A stretch of 62,878 nt of DNA, the filler included, from Hyphochytrium catenoides (taxonomy: Eukaryota > Protista > Hyphochytriomycota), in NCBI GenBank assembly GCA_900088475.1. It is 8 parts of 8 records of this genome, joined end to end, with 100 filler letters (N's around TTAATTAATTAA, not from the genome) between each part and the next. Parts side by side here need not be neighbours in the genome. Positions count along the whole stretch, not along the records: positions 46,163 to 51,178 come from FLMG01000501.1; positions 51,279 to 52,476 come from FLMG01002003.1; positions 52,577 to 56,367 come from FLMG01001161.1; positions 56,468 to 62,878 come from FLMG01001598.1; 4 more parts are not named here. One strand, 5' to 3'. The position numbers were made by a program, and so were the translations under genes. The number at the start of each line of letters is the position of its first letter. Position 1 is the first letter of the stretch. The notes beneath the pieces were generated by a model. It had not been told where the DNA came from and made no database searches. It worked only from the letters and a program-made list of their open reading frames with translations. This document shows positions 46,163 through 57,276 of this stretch, one piece after another.

Positions 46163-48444
46163 CTGGTCTGAGTTTACGGAGCCAGATGATGTTCCGCCGG
46201 GAGTCAAATTCATTGGTCCTGTACCGCATGACTACCTTTTCCCGGTAAGGTTATAGCACTGAAGTGAGAGGTCGTGGGGTAGAAAGTTGGACAGATGAGC
46301 TATTTCAAGAGATAGAGAAGCGAGACACAAGCTACTATAACGTTAGTTAGGTAGCAGATGGGCAAGCCTAAAGGGCCTCCCAGTACCCGCCATGCGAACT
46401 TAGGTGTACAGGGATTTTGGGCTTCTTTCCTAGTTGACCTTCCCTTGATTGGTGCTCTTGGTACCCTCTCGCAGCTCGTATCGGCGGTTGTCCATCATGG
46501 AGGCGCGGGCACAACTGCTACGGGTCTTAAGTTCGGAAAACCGACTCTGGCTATCCCGTTTTTCGGGGACCAAGTACGTCATGCTCCTGTGCTCTGAAGT
46601 ACAGTGATAGTCTGATGAGGTTGCCGTAGAAGCGTGTCTTAGAGTGTCACTTCCTTCATGCCCGGCTCTCTTAGTACCAGTCCCGGTCTCCTCCGTTCAT
46701 TTTGGACATCCTGTTGAGAGGACTCCTCCCAAGATGACCGTGGCGACTTTCTCTGCTTTTTTGTGTTACGTTACTTGGGCTTGTTCATATCGGTATCCGG
46801 GAACTGGCTCTCTTTATCGCTAGATGTTGACCGTCAAGCGAATGCTTTCCTTTCCCTTCCTTACTAACTTTTGCCCTCTGCTACAGTTCTTTTGGGGTCA
46901 GATGTTGGAGGAGATGCACTTAGGAGCCTTTGTCCCATACAGTGAGGTGCTAAAGAAACAAGGAACGCGCTTTGTAGAGGCTCTCAAGACCGTGCTATCC
47001 CCAGAGGTGGCCGCAAATGCCTCTCGGGCAGCAGAGGCTCTAGCGCGAGACAAACCAATGGAAAGGTCAATCAGGTCCTTCCATAGGTAAGAAGGGAGAA
47101 GAGTAGCGGAAAATGAGAGAGGGCGCTTTAGAGGAGGAAGCAAGCAAACCTGTATAGCCGAAGGGTGGCGGTGTAGTACTAGGTAGACATGAGGTTAAAA
47201 GGAAGGCATACATGGGAGATGTGAGCCTGTTAATGACGAGGCGCCTGGTGTTAACCGACGAGGCTGGCGAAAGAAAGATTGCGTGTGGACTATCCGGACG
47301 GGTTATAAGTAATCTACCCGTGGAAGAGACTTAGTTTCTTCTCTCCCTCTCTCTCTTCCCCCTATTGTTGCCTCTCCGTCTTTTCTTAACCCTAGATATC
47401 TTCCACTGGCTCGCCTGGGCTGCGACATATTTCCTGAGAAGGTCGCTGAATACTACGATCCAGAACATAAGGTAAGGACAGCTCAGGACGCTTTGTTGTT
47501 TGCTTCACCCTAGTTTTTTTTTTGCTCTAAAAAATCACACCGTGGGAGGTCCCAGAATCGCTGGTCAATGCTAGGCGCCATCTTGATGGTCCAATTGGGG
47601 AGAGCTTCAATATGACCAACTCTTGTCTACTCCTTCCCTCCTCTACAGCTAAAATTGTCAATGGAGGCAGCCGTGATACTGTTGAAGAGTGGAAAAGTTC
47701 ATTCTGTTGAGATCTATCACCCTGTAGACTGGAGTCAGGAAGCCATGGGATACAGCCAGTACGAGAACAAAGTAGCGCTAAGCGTTTTATATCTGCCGCG
47801 ACGGAGCCTTTTAGTGGCTCTCTTTCCCGTCTGTCCTTATTCCTCTAGCCAGCGATGCTCCTTACTGATTGCTGTGTTGCCTCTTCATGTAGCGGTCTGG
47901 ATAATGTCCGGAGCTGGACTACGCCGCTCAGCGAAGAAGAGAAGCAGAGACTTCTGCATAGCGAAGCTCAGCATGAGCGAGATGTGCTCAGGGAGAAGCT
48001 CGCAGCCAATGAGTCAGTACCTTTTCTCCCTGGTTCTGATGTAGATCGATTGTTACCTCTTGTTCTCTAGACGGGCCGCATACCTGGACATTTCGGATTA
48101 AACTCTATCTCCTCTGCTTCCTCCACTTTGGTTGGCTTTTGCCGTCATCCCCTCTCTCTCTGAGTGCTCTAACGATCATTGCTCTTAGAGAAGCCGTCCG
48201 TAAACTCCTTGAAGAGCAAAAGACGCTCCTTGAAAAGCTTCATTTGGCGGAAGGTCGCTTTCAAAATGATCCACTAAGACACCCTGAGCTCATAGCCACA
48301 TGCGAAACAAGGTTCTCATCCCTTCAAGCTAAAGGAGAGGAGAGTGTAGAACCTAGGGACTCTTTCTCCTCGTCCGAGAATGACGGCGGACGGCAAGACA
48401 GTTCTGCTAACGCCTGGCGATGGTTTCCGCATACAAAAGGATAG
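46163..48444 (+). CDS. Sterol 3-beta-glucosyltransferase (GT1, UGT80/Atg26-like), 3' part
   Basis: Exons 46163-46244, 46475-46573, 46887-47086, 47396-47471, 47649-47758, 47893-48012, 48189-48444 splice in phase: [49 protein letters not shown]...SFHR-YLPLARLGCDIFPEKVA...-LKLSMEAAVIL. The last two exons are less certain. Confidence 0.88.
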
Positions 48445-49451
48445 TGCCCGCGGTTGTTAGCTTTGCACAGCCATTATTTATGAGAAGAGTATAAGGACAA
48501 TGGTTGGTTTCTGGTCTTTTGACTCAGGCTCTCCTCTCTATTATCTATGTGTCTACATCTATGTGTATATATTGCCAGTGCCGAGGATACAGAGACGCAG
48601 AACCAATACCTTCTTATAGGACGGCTGTCTTTGGTTCAAAGAAAATAATAAAGACGTTAAGAGGGAATGAGAGAACACGCGAGAATGAAACTTTATCAAG
48701 AGCTACGTCGTGCCTGTTCCTTTCAGTCCTCTCACGTCCCTCCCTCTGCCACTGTCTGTTTCTTCCACTGTCTGTCTCTTCCACTCTCCACTCGTCCTTG
48801 ACACATGGGGTGACATTCATCGTCTCCTCCCACTTTTCAGGACCATGACCGCTAAGAAGACTTTTTCATGGTCCTCACGCACAGCGAGGGAGGAACTCAA
48901 CAGATTAGCCTCGTGCACAAATGTAGAACTACGGAAGGAGCGAGGAAGACCTCGTTCTGAGGGTCAAACAAGAGTTGCGATGAGGAGTGAAGCTTCAGGG
49001 GAGCAGCCACACAGCCTTGCACGCACGAACTTCTAAGATACCTATGAACTTCATCCCCATAATCCTAGCACTGATCAACGGTCACGGGACACAAGGAGCA
49101 TGGTTTGGGGCAAACCGAGAGGAGGTTTGGCCTTGCTACGCTGTTAGACGCTGAGAGAGGTTGACAGGCGAGAGATGGAAGTAAGAAAAGGCATGTCTCT
49201 CGGGCTGTTGTTGCGTGGCCGCTGAAGATAACTGCGAGAGAGCCGCAGCAGAAAGAAACCCTCTACGGAGCTTGCCATCTCTCGTCCGCTCATCAGAAGC
49301 CATCTTCCGTCTCTAGGTGTGCATTCGTGAGTTTAATCTGGAGCTTACAGCCCTTGTAGAGAGCATTGCAGCGCTGCCCTAAGAAGTCTTTAGTCTTTCT
49401 CAGCTTCTTCCCTTCACACCATTGCTTAACTTCTTACTGATGTCGTCTTTG

Positions 49452-49471
49452 GGAGAGAGAGAAACAGTGAA

Positions 49472-49520
<49 letters not shown>

Positions 49521-49708
49521 AGAGCGAGAGAGCGAGAGAGCGAGAGAGCGAGAGAGCGAGAGAGCGAGAGAGAGAGTGAGAGAAGAGAGAGAGAGAGAGC
49601 GAGAGANNNNNNNNNNNNNNNNNNNNNNNNNNNNNNNNNNNNNNNNNNNNNNNNNNNNNNNNNNNNAGAGAGCGAGAGAGAGAGAGAGAGGAGACAAGAG
49701 AGAGAGAG
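49452..49708. repeat. (AG)n / (AGCGAGAG)n microsatellite with internal gap
   Basis: Directly visible in the sequence. Confidence 0.9.
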
Positions 49709-51178
49709 CGTGCTGCATGGTGACTGCAGAAGCCAAGGAAGGCCGAAAGGTTCCACAGTCCGAAAGAAACGCTATTAACTCCCACACTAACAAGGGAGCA
49801 CTAGCAATAAATGAAATATTCGCTCTGTATCTTTCATTGCCGGACAGACCAAAAGGCATAGAATTTATAAGGGCCCTCCTAGTAGTTCTACACTACAGCA
49901 GAGGAGAGAACACAGGAAATGTTTTACGCTGAGCCCACACAGGAAAGAGAAAGAGAGACGGGCAGGAGAGAGAGACAGTGGAGGAAGAGATGGAGACAGA
50001 GAGAGAAGAGGCAGAGAACCACTTTGTCGACCATAAAAAGCCTTCTATCTGGAACTCTGTCTCTTTGTGCTTGTCCTTGGTGTACTTCTCTCTCTTTCCT
50101 CTGCACTCTATCTCTCAGAAACAGCTTCATTTACCAGGGAAACTCTCTCCCTCTCATAGACTCTGTCTTGCAGCGGGTTGGTTTGTGAAAAAAGCTCATT
50201 GAGTGATTTGAGAACAAAACAGGGCTGAGAACAGCGGCCTACATTCAGAATCTATGAGGAATACTCTCTCTAGATTACGAATGAGCGTTTGACATTCCAA
50301 ATATCATCGCACCTGGGGGTGGGCATGTGGACATGACAAGAAAGAGGAGAAACTTGGAGAAAAGGAAGCTTCAAAATAGCGGCGCCATGCGTGGCTTCCT
50401 TCCCCTAATGAACTCATCTCACAACCCAGCGACGAGCTTTAAAGGCCTATTAATGAATCTGCAGCCGCTCTCCAGAGTCTCAGAGGTCCGTCAGGACGCC
50501 AACCCAATCTCAAGACCGTGTTGAGGCACTGACTGGGCTATTGATAAACGCCATCCTTCATGGAACTAAGGTTGTCGTCCTAGGACTGTCCACCTGTTTC
50601 CAGGCAATGGAAGGTGTGCTGTACTCCTGTGTAAACGAAGTTTAGAAGAGAGTCTAGGGCAACGATCCGGCTGAAGGACGAAGCACATTTACTCTTCTCA
50701 CAGATCAAAGTCGGCCAGCCCTTCCCCATTACTTGTAGTGGAGGTAGGGCCCATTCATCTCGCCCGACGTTGTCATGTACGCTGGGTAGGGAACTTGGTA
50801 ACTGATAACGAGTATCTAGGAATTATGAGACCAGGTGGTCGCAACTGCCTGGGATCACAGAGGAGGAAGACCATTTACAAGAACTAGAGATTGCCTGAGT
50901 GAGGTCCTGAAGGCCAATATGCAGGTGCGGACCTCGGAGAGTTCTGATTAAACTGCTTACCACTGACATCCCACTGATACGTTCACAGACTCCATCCTTG
51001 GAGGAGCAAAGGCTGGCCCTTCTTCGGGAGCGGCGGAAGCAGCAGGAAGCCAATGTGACGAATGGTGGTAAGTGCAGATTGTTAACCATAAATCTGCCAA
51101 GTCTTCACAGCTCTGACTCCTCGATTTCTGTTCTGTCTCTCTCTCATAGCTACTCAGGGTCCGCGGGGCCGATCGTAT

Positions 51179-51278
51179 NNNNNNNNNNNNNNNNNNNNNN
51201 NNNNNNNNNNNNNNNNNNNNNNTTAATTAATTAANNNNNNNNNNNNNNNNNNNNNNNNNNNNNNNNNNNNNNNNNNNN
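51179..51278. other. Artificial contig linker
   Basis: 44 N + TTAATTAATTAA (51223-51234) + 44 N. Confidence 0.97.
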
Positions 51279-51613
51279 GAGAGAGAGAGAAGAATCAATT
51301 TGCTTCTTGAAGCTCACCACTGTGCCGGCGATGATGGCCCCCAGCTTTCCTTTATGATTAGCGTCCATACTTCCAATGAAGAAGCAAAGAGAGAAGACTT
51401 ATAGAAAGAGAGAGAGAGGGTGAGAGAAGAGAGAGACAAACTCACAGCGGACTATGAAGAGCTCTATGAAGCCGCTGGTCGCGGAGGGGCAGATGTCGAA
51501 AACCGAAGGCTACTGCCAGCTAGCGGCGTCACAATCTTCAAGAGCTTGGAGAGAAAGTGATGAGAAAAGAAGCAAGGATCTTTGAAAGCAAGAGATCTGG
51601 GGGAGAGAGGAGG

Positions 51614-51651
<38 letters not shown>

Positions 51652-52476
51652 AAGAGAGAGGGAGAGAGAGAGAAAGAGAGAGAGAGAGAAGAGTCAACTC
51701 TACCAGACAGCCCCCTGGACTAGAGCGGGTTCTGAAGTTGAAGATTCTCAAAAAAATAGCGCGCCAGAGAAAGAGAGAAAGAGAGAGAGAGGAAGGAAGG
51801 GAGAGAGAGAGAGAGAGAGTAGAGGTTGTACACTCGCAGCTACTGCTCCTTTCCCTCGCCATCGCTTTCTCACTCTCTCCTGTCTCTTGCTAGAGCGCTT
51901 TCAAACTCTGTCGTTTCGTCTTCTTTTCTCTCGCTTCGCCTATCCCTTGGGCTGACACCTTCCTCTCCCCCTCCTGCCTCCCTAGCGCCTGAGCTGTATG
52001 AGAGCAGCTTCAAGCCTGTCCTCTCTCTCTCTCCTTCTCTCTCCCCTGCGAGAAAAACTGGCAAGGGCTGTGTCTGCTAGAAGAATGAGCGCGGGCAGGA
52101 CCTCGAAGCAAGGCGGCGGGCGAGCCTGGTGCCTTCGGAAGGAAAAAGGTTCCTAGTGGACTTTCTTCTACTTCCTTCCCTCTCTTTTGCTCTCTCTCTC
52201 GCGCGCGCGTCGCACACTCTCTTCTCCTTTGCGTTACTTTCCGTGTCTGTCTTCTTTGACTAGCCTCCTAGACAGTTTCCAACTTCTCTCTCTCTCTTTC
52301 TCTCTCGCTGTCTTTCTCTATCTTCCTCCTTCCATACCGTTGATCTTCTCTTCAGTGCATCCTCACGCCAGTTCCCTCTTAATTGCTCTCATTCCTTATT
52401 TCTTGGGGGTCTCCTCTCTCTCTTCTCTTGTTGTTGCTCCTCGTTAGCCGTGTCTCTCTCTCTCTCTCTCTCTCTC

Positions 52477-52576
52477 NNNNNNNNNNNNNNNNNNNNNNNN
52501 NNNNNNNNNNNNNNNNNNNNTTAATTAATTAANNNNNNNNNNNNNNNNNNNNNNNNNNNNNNNNNNNNNNNNNNNN
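52477..52576. other. Artificial contig linker
   Basis: 44 N + TTAATTAATTAA (52521-52532) + 44 N. Confidence 0.97.
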
Positions 52577-55500
52577 GCCATGTCCTTTTCTCTCCTGCGG
52601 ACTGGGAGCTGCCGCGGTCTATCACAGTCTTGGGTACTACTTTAGAAGAGTTCCCCCAAGGAAGAGATTTGGAGGTGCATTTCTCTTCCGAGAGCTTGGA
52701 TCCATCTTTCAACTTTAGTTCTAGTCAGGATTGTCCCGTCCTTCCCACTTTATCTCCCTTTACTTCTGAGGCCAACGGCGATGATTCACACGAGGACGTC
52801 ATTTTCGGGTGTCCTTTTCTGTCCTCGCATGAGCAGTTAAGCCCTTGCTTGATGGACTTGTGCGGAAATGGGACGCATTTCTATGATTCTGCCTACTGCC
52901 GAGACTACGCCTTAGACTATTGCAGAGAGGTGCCCGACTCTGGCTGCGCCTCCTTTGTTGCGGAGACTGAGCTTCAGGGAGAAGAACAGACCGACGTATG
53001 TCCCAGCCAGCCTCCAGTCCTCGTTTCCTGCCAGGAGCCGATTATTTTGCGCCTGCATCATCTCCANNNNNNNNNNNNNNNNNNNNNNNNNNNNNNNNNN
53101 NNNNNNNNNNNNNNNNNNNNNNGCCAACTGCAAGCCCCACCCCTTCTCCAACCCCTCAACCTACACCCCTCCCTACACCGCAGCCCACTGTTGCTCCTAC
53201 CCTGGCTCCCACGATAGCGCCTACCGTTTCACCTACATGGCAGCCAACACCAGTACCGACACCGGCACCAATAGTCAGCACTGACATCCCCAAAATAAGT
53301 AGGGCGGTGGTCTCAGACACTGAGCGCGTAGTCAACATCCAGTTCGACATGGACGTTAGACTTACGAAAATGCCCTGCGACCCGGCAACAGTCTTCTTAA
53401 CCACTACTTACGAAATGCTCGGCCCAGATATAGTATGCAGCTTAAAAGACGCTAAGACCCTTAGGGTCTCAACGGCAACCGCCACAGACGATCTTCCGAA
53501 CGTTGCTCGTGACGGCCCAGCCTTGACACTGACTCTTAATGCCAACCAGATCGTAGCTGTCACATCAGGCAACGGACTGGCTAGTGGAGCCGTGACTTTG
53601 GAGAGACGGAAGGCTGCCCCCAGACTTATCTCTGCACGGTTCCAGAATACCGGCGCTTCCGTCACCATTTCGTTCCAGAATCCCTCTGATTTTTCTCTAT
53701 CCACCTCAACCGGAGTGGTAGACTGCGCCCTGGGTCTACACCCTGAGACTGTAAAACTGCTAGGCGGAGGAGCCCGGTGCGGTTGGGAATCAGCAATTTC
53801 TCTAGTGGTGCGCCTAGGAGTGGGAGCAACCCTTCAGCCCACAAGCATTGCTTCTCCTGTGGCGCAACACAATAGCTCAAACTGCCTGCAAAGTAGCTCC
53901 ACTATTAATCTTCTCCCCGGATCTATTAGACCAGTCAAAAACAGCGTATTGTCCAGTTCTGGGTGTGTGGAAGTCCAAGCACCTTTGGATCCTCCTCGCG
54001 TGGAGGTTTCCCTCATTGCACCGACCATGCTCTCAGATTGTGAAGATTTGATAGTAGATGGATCCCTCACCCAGGGCAATGCCGGGCGCAAACTATTGTT
54101 CATCTGGACGATGACTAGCAACGCCACTGTAAGTCTCATTGGGCTGGTTACTCATTTGGCGTTGTCTGGGTACTTTTCTTGTCATCTCCCTTCGTTCTAC
54201 CCGCTAAGCTATAAGTTTCCATCTTTTCTTACTAGGCTTCTAAACTCTGACACTGTGATCTTTATGCAGATCTCGGCTACCTTAAGTGCGTTAGTCTCAG
54301 AAACAAACTCTGCGCTACTGAAGATCCCGTCCTCACTTCTTGAGGCCAACAGCAGATACACCTTCACAGCCGTTGGCACAAATTACCTTGGTGCTGCCGG
54401 AAATGCATCTGCCGTGGTGATAAAAAAGGGCCTTGACCTTCCCAGCATTACTCCTGTCACAGCTCTTGATAGGTACGTCTTTCATACCGGGACATGCTGG
54501 ACCAGGGTAGCAAGTAGTAGGGGACAAAGGGTTTCGGGCACAGAGATAGAGAAGAGAACAGGAGGTCGGAACATGGCAAGAACACCTCTTTGAGGATGAA
54601 TAGGAGTCTCAGCAAGAACGTATAAACTAGGAAGAGAGCGACAAGAGCAAAAGAAGGACAAGCTCAGAGGTGTCATAGATAGGACAGTCGGTAGCGCCAC
54701 AGCTCTCATAGCAATGCATCCAATTCCGCCTCTAACTTCACCTCTTGGTATCTCTCTCGTGATCCCAGAACAATCCTTCGGCATGAAGGTTTACTTCTCC
54801 GGGGCCTTGGCCGCATGACACTATGCGACCCCACACTGAACGCCACGGACTTGACATTGATGTACAACTGGACCCAGGAGGAAGGGGACCTTGCACAACT
54901 CCAACTCGAGCCCTTCCGGGTGGCTGATCCGCGGTCGCTACGACTCCTCCCAGGTGCGCTAATGGCTGGGAATACCTACAACTTTGTGCTCACCGTGACA
55001 CACGGGGCCAAGACAGCGAGAGTCATACAGAACAGCCTAAAGTTTAAAGTCAACGTTGCCCTTGGTAATGTTGTCGCCAGGTAGGAGCACTGGGCAGCCA
55101 AAGTAGTCTTTCCGACTAAACATCAATAGCGGATTGGCTACTATTGATATCTTCTCTCTTCATTTATCTCGTTCCTCCTCACTCTTTTCCTCTCCATTTC
55201 TCCTTAAAGCACCTGTTAGGCCTTACTCCCTGGAGGAGAGCGACTTCCGGGCTCTTCTTTCCTTAGTCTTACACCCCATACGTCACAGGATGATTGGCGG
55301 CAATAGGACAGCTTCTGCCAGCCAGGATGTCTTCTTCTACGGCAACGAGTCCTTCGATCCGTCAGGTGTTGACGCTACCGAGTCAATCTACAAATGGACC
55401 TGCCTCATGGGTCCGGACATCACTAATCGCACACCCTGTCAGAGTGGAGGTCGCCTAATAGCCATCGAAGGCTGGCTGTACAATGAGGGCAAGAGTGTGA

Positions 55501-56367
55501 AGGTTCCAGCTGGCATCTTTATAGGAGGCGAGCAGGTCTGGATGGAGCTCAACTACACAGTGACGTCAGTGAACCCCCGGATAGGAAGCCGTTGGTCTGT
55601 GGTGCGATCTTTTGTGAACTATGACGTAACAGAAGGGCCGCCAAAAGTATTAGCAGGGGTCGTCAACCCTCTAAAGCTTAGAAAGATGGACCCGCAAAAG
55701 CGGCTGCATCTTAATGCTAGTGTCGAGCCTTTCTGGTCAGGTTTGACCCTCTCCTGGACCATTGTACGTGCCCCAGCAACCATGTGGCGGTGTTTCTTCC
55801 TTCCCCTCTCTATCCCTTTCTATGTATATATTCTCTTTCCTTGCATGTACCTCAGAATGGTTGGTGAATCTTGGTAACGTCTCTCTTTCTCTTATCCAAT
55901 TATCAGAGTTTAGAGTCCTCGCTCTGCGGCCCTACTGCAGGAATGTCGTTTGGCTTTCACTATTTCTCTTCTCGATCTATCTCCTTCCTCTCATCGGCCC
56001 TTCTCTCACGTCTGTCATATAGGATGAGCTTCTAGACCAACCCATTGCGGAGCTTTTCAGCACTGCGATGAACAGTAGGGATCTAGTGGTCAGGCCAAAT
56101 GTGCTGGTACCTGGCGCAGTTTACACCTTCTCTCTAAGCGCCGTGACGCCGAGAAATGAGGTGGGGCGCGGCTCTGTGACAGTGGTGATGAATGCTCCAC
56201 CGAGTTCAGGGTACATCTCCGTCTCCCCTCTCAGTGGCACTGTGCTTAGCACCTCCTTCACTCTCAGCGCCTCGAGCACATGGACGGATGATGTGGCGGA
56301 CTACCCTCTGAAGTACTGGTTCAAGTACATCCCGGGCAACAGGACAGAGACTGTTACTCTGGTAGAT
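52577..56367 (+). CDS. REJ/PKD-domain large surface protein (polycystin-1-like ectodomain), partial
   Basis: Exons ~52577-54128 (N gap inside), 54270-54472, 54769-55080, 55289-55763, 56023-56367. P/T-rich stalk (PTPQPTPLPTPQPTVAPT), then REJ motifs CEDLIVDGSLT, LKIPSSLLEANSRYTFT, LPGALMAGNTYNFVLTV and LVPGAVYTFSL..VVMNAPPSSGYISVSPLSG..WTDD..DYPLKYWF. Confidence 0.85.
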
Positions 56368-56467
56368 NNNNNNNNNNNNNNNNNNNNNNNNNNNNNNNNN
56401 NNNNNNNNNNNTTAATTAATTAANNNNNNNNNNNNNNNNNNNNNNNNNNNNNNNNNNNNNNNNNNNN
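56368..56467. other. Artificial contig linker
   Basis: 44 N + TTAATTAATTAA (56412-56423) + 44 N. Confidence 0.97.
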
Positions 56468-57048
56468 GATCTCTCTCGCTTCTCATGACTCTTCGACCCA
56501 GTGTCTCTCGCTACTCATGACTCCTTGACCCAGTGTCTCTCTCGCTTTTCATAACTCCTGGACCAAGTCTCTCTCGCTTCTCATAACTCCTTGACCAAGT
56601 CTCTCTCGCTTCTCATGACTCTTTCAGATGTAGGTCAGGATCCCAGCCTTGTAACCGTTGCGCTATACGAGTTATCCTTTAAGTTATGGAGTTTGAGAGC
56701 TGGCTGAGGTATGTTGGCGAGCTCAAGTCCTTTGATGCGTTGGATAAGGGTATGAGGTCATTATAGTCAGTCTTCTGAGCCCTTTAACCGTCTCTCTCTT
56801 CCTTCTGATGACTCCTTCTACATGTAAGTCAGTGTCACAGCCTAGTTCGCATTGCTCTATTGGAGAAATCCTTATCTGTCCTGACTCTTGAGGGTTGCAT
56901 GAGGTATGCTAGCGAGCTCAAGTCTTTGTTAGATAAGGGTATGAGGTCATTATAGTCAGTCTTCTGAGCCCTTTAACCATCTCTCTCTTCCTTCTGATGA
57001 CTCCTTCCACATGTAAGTCAGTGTCACAGCCTAGTTCGCATTGCTCTA
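56468..57048. repeat. Nested tandem repeats: ~31-34-bp unit x5 grading into a ~189-bp unit x2.4
   Basis: TCTCTCGCTTCTCATGACTCCTTGACC-like units run over 56468-56625. GATAAGGGTATGAGGTCATTATAGTCAGTCTTCTGAGCCC recurs 189 nt apart (~56743 and ~56932). Confidence 0.88.
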
Positions 57049-57276
57049 ATAACAAGTCAAGAATTTGAGTGCATCTCAGAATTAATTCATATATGGAGTT
57101 TGCTAGTCTGCCACGCCCGGTTCTTACATTTGCAAGGTATCATACCCAGCGATGGTTCTTGGGAACTCGAGGCTACGGTCACCCATGCGGCAACCATCTC
57201 CGAGACTTCTGCATACTCCTTCGCCTCGCCCACTCTCTATGACGACGTCCCTGTGGACCTTCGTGGTGTATTCTCC

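Noticed and set aside
11496-56467. Seven identical TTAATTAATTAA palindromes as a biological motif
   Set aside because: Each sits centred in exactly 44+44 N. This is a synthetic six-frame-stop linker between contigs.
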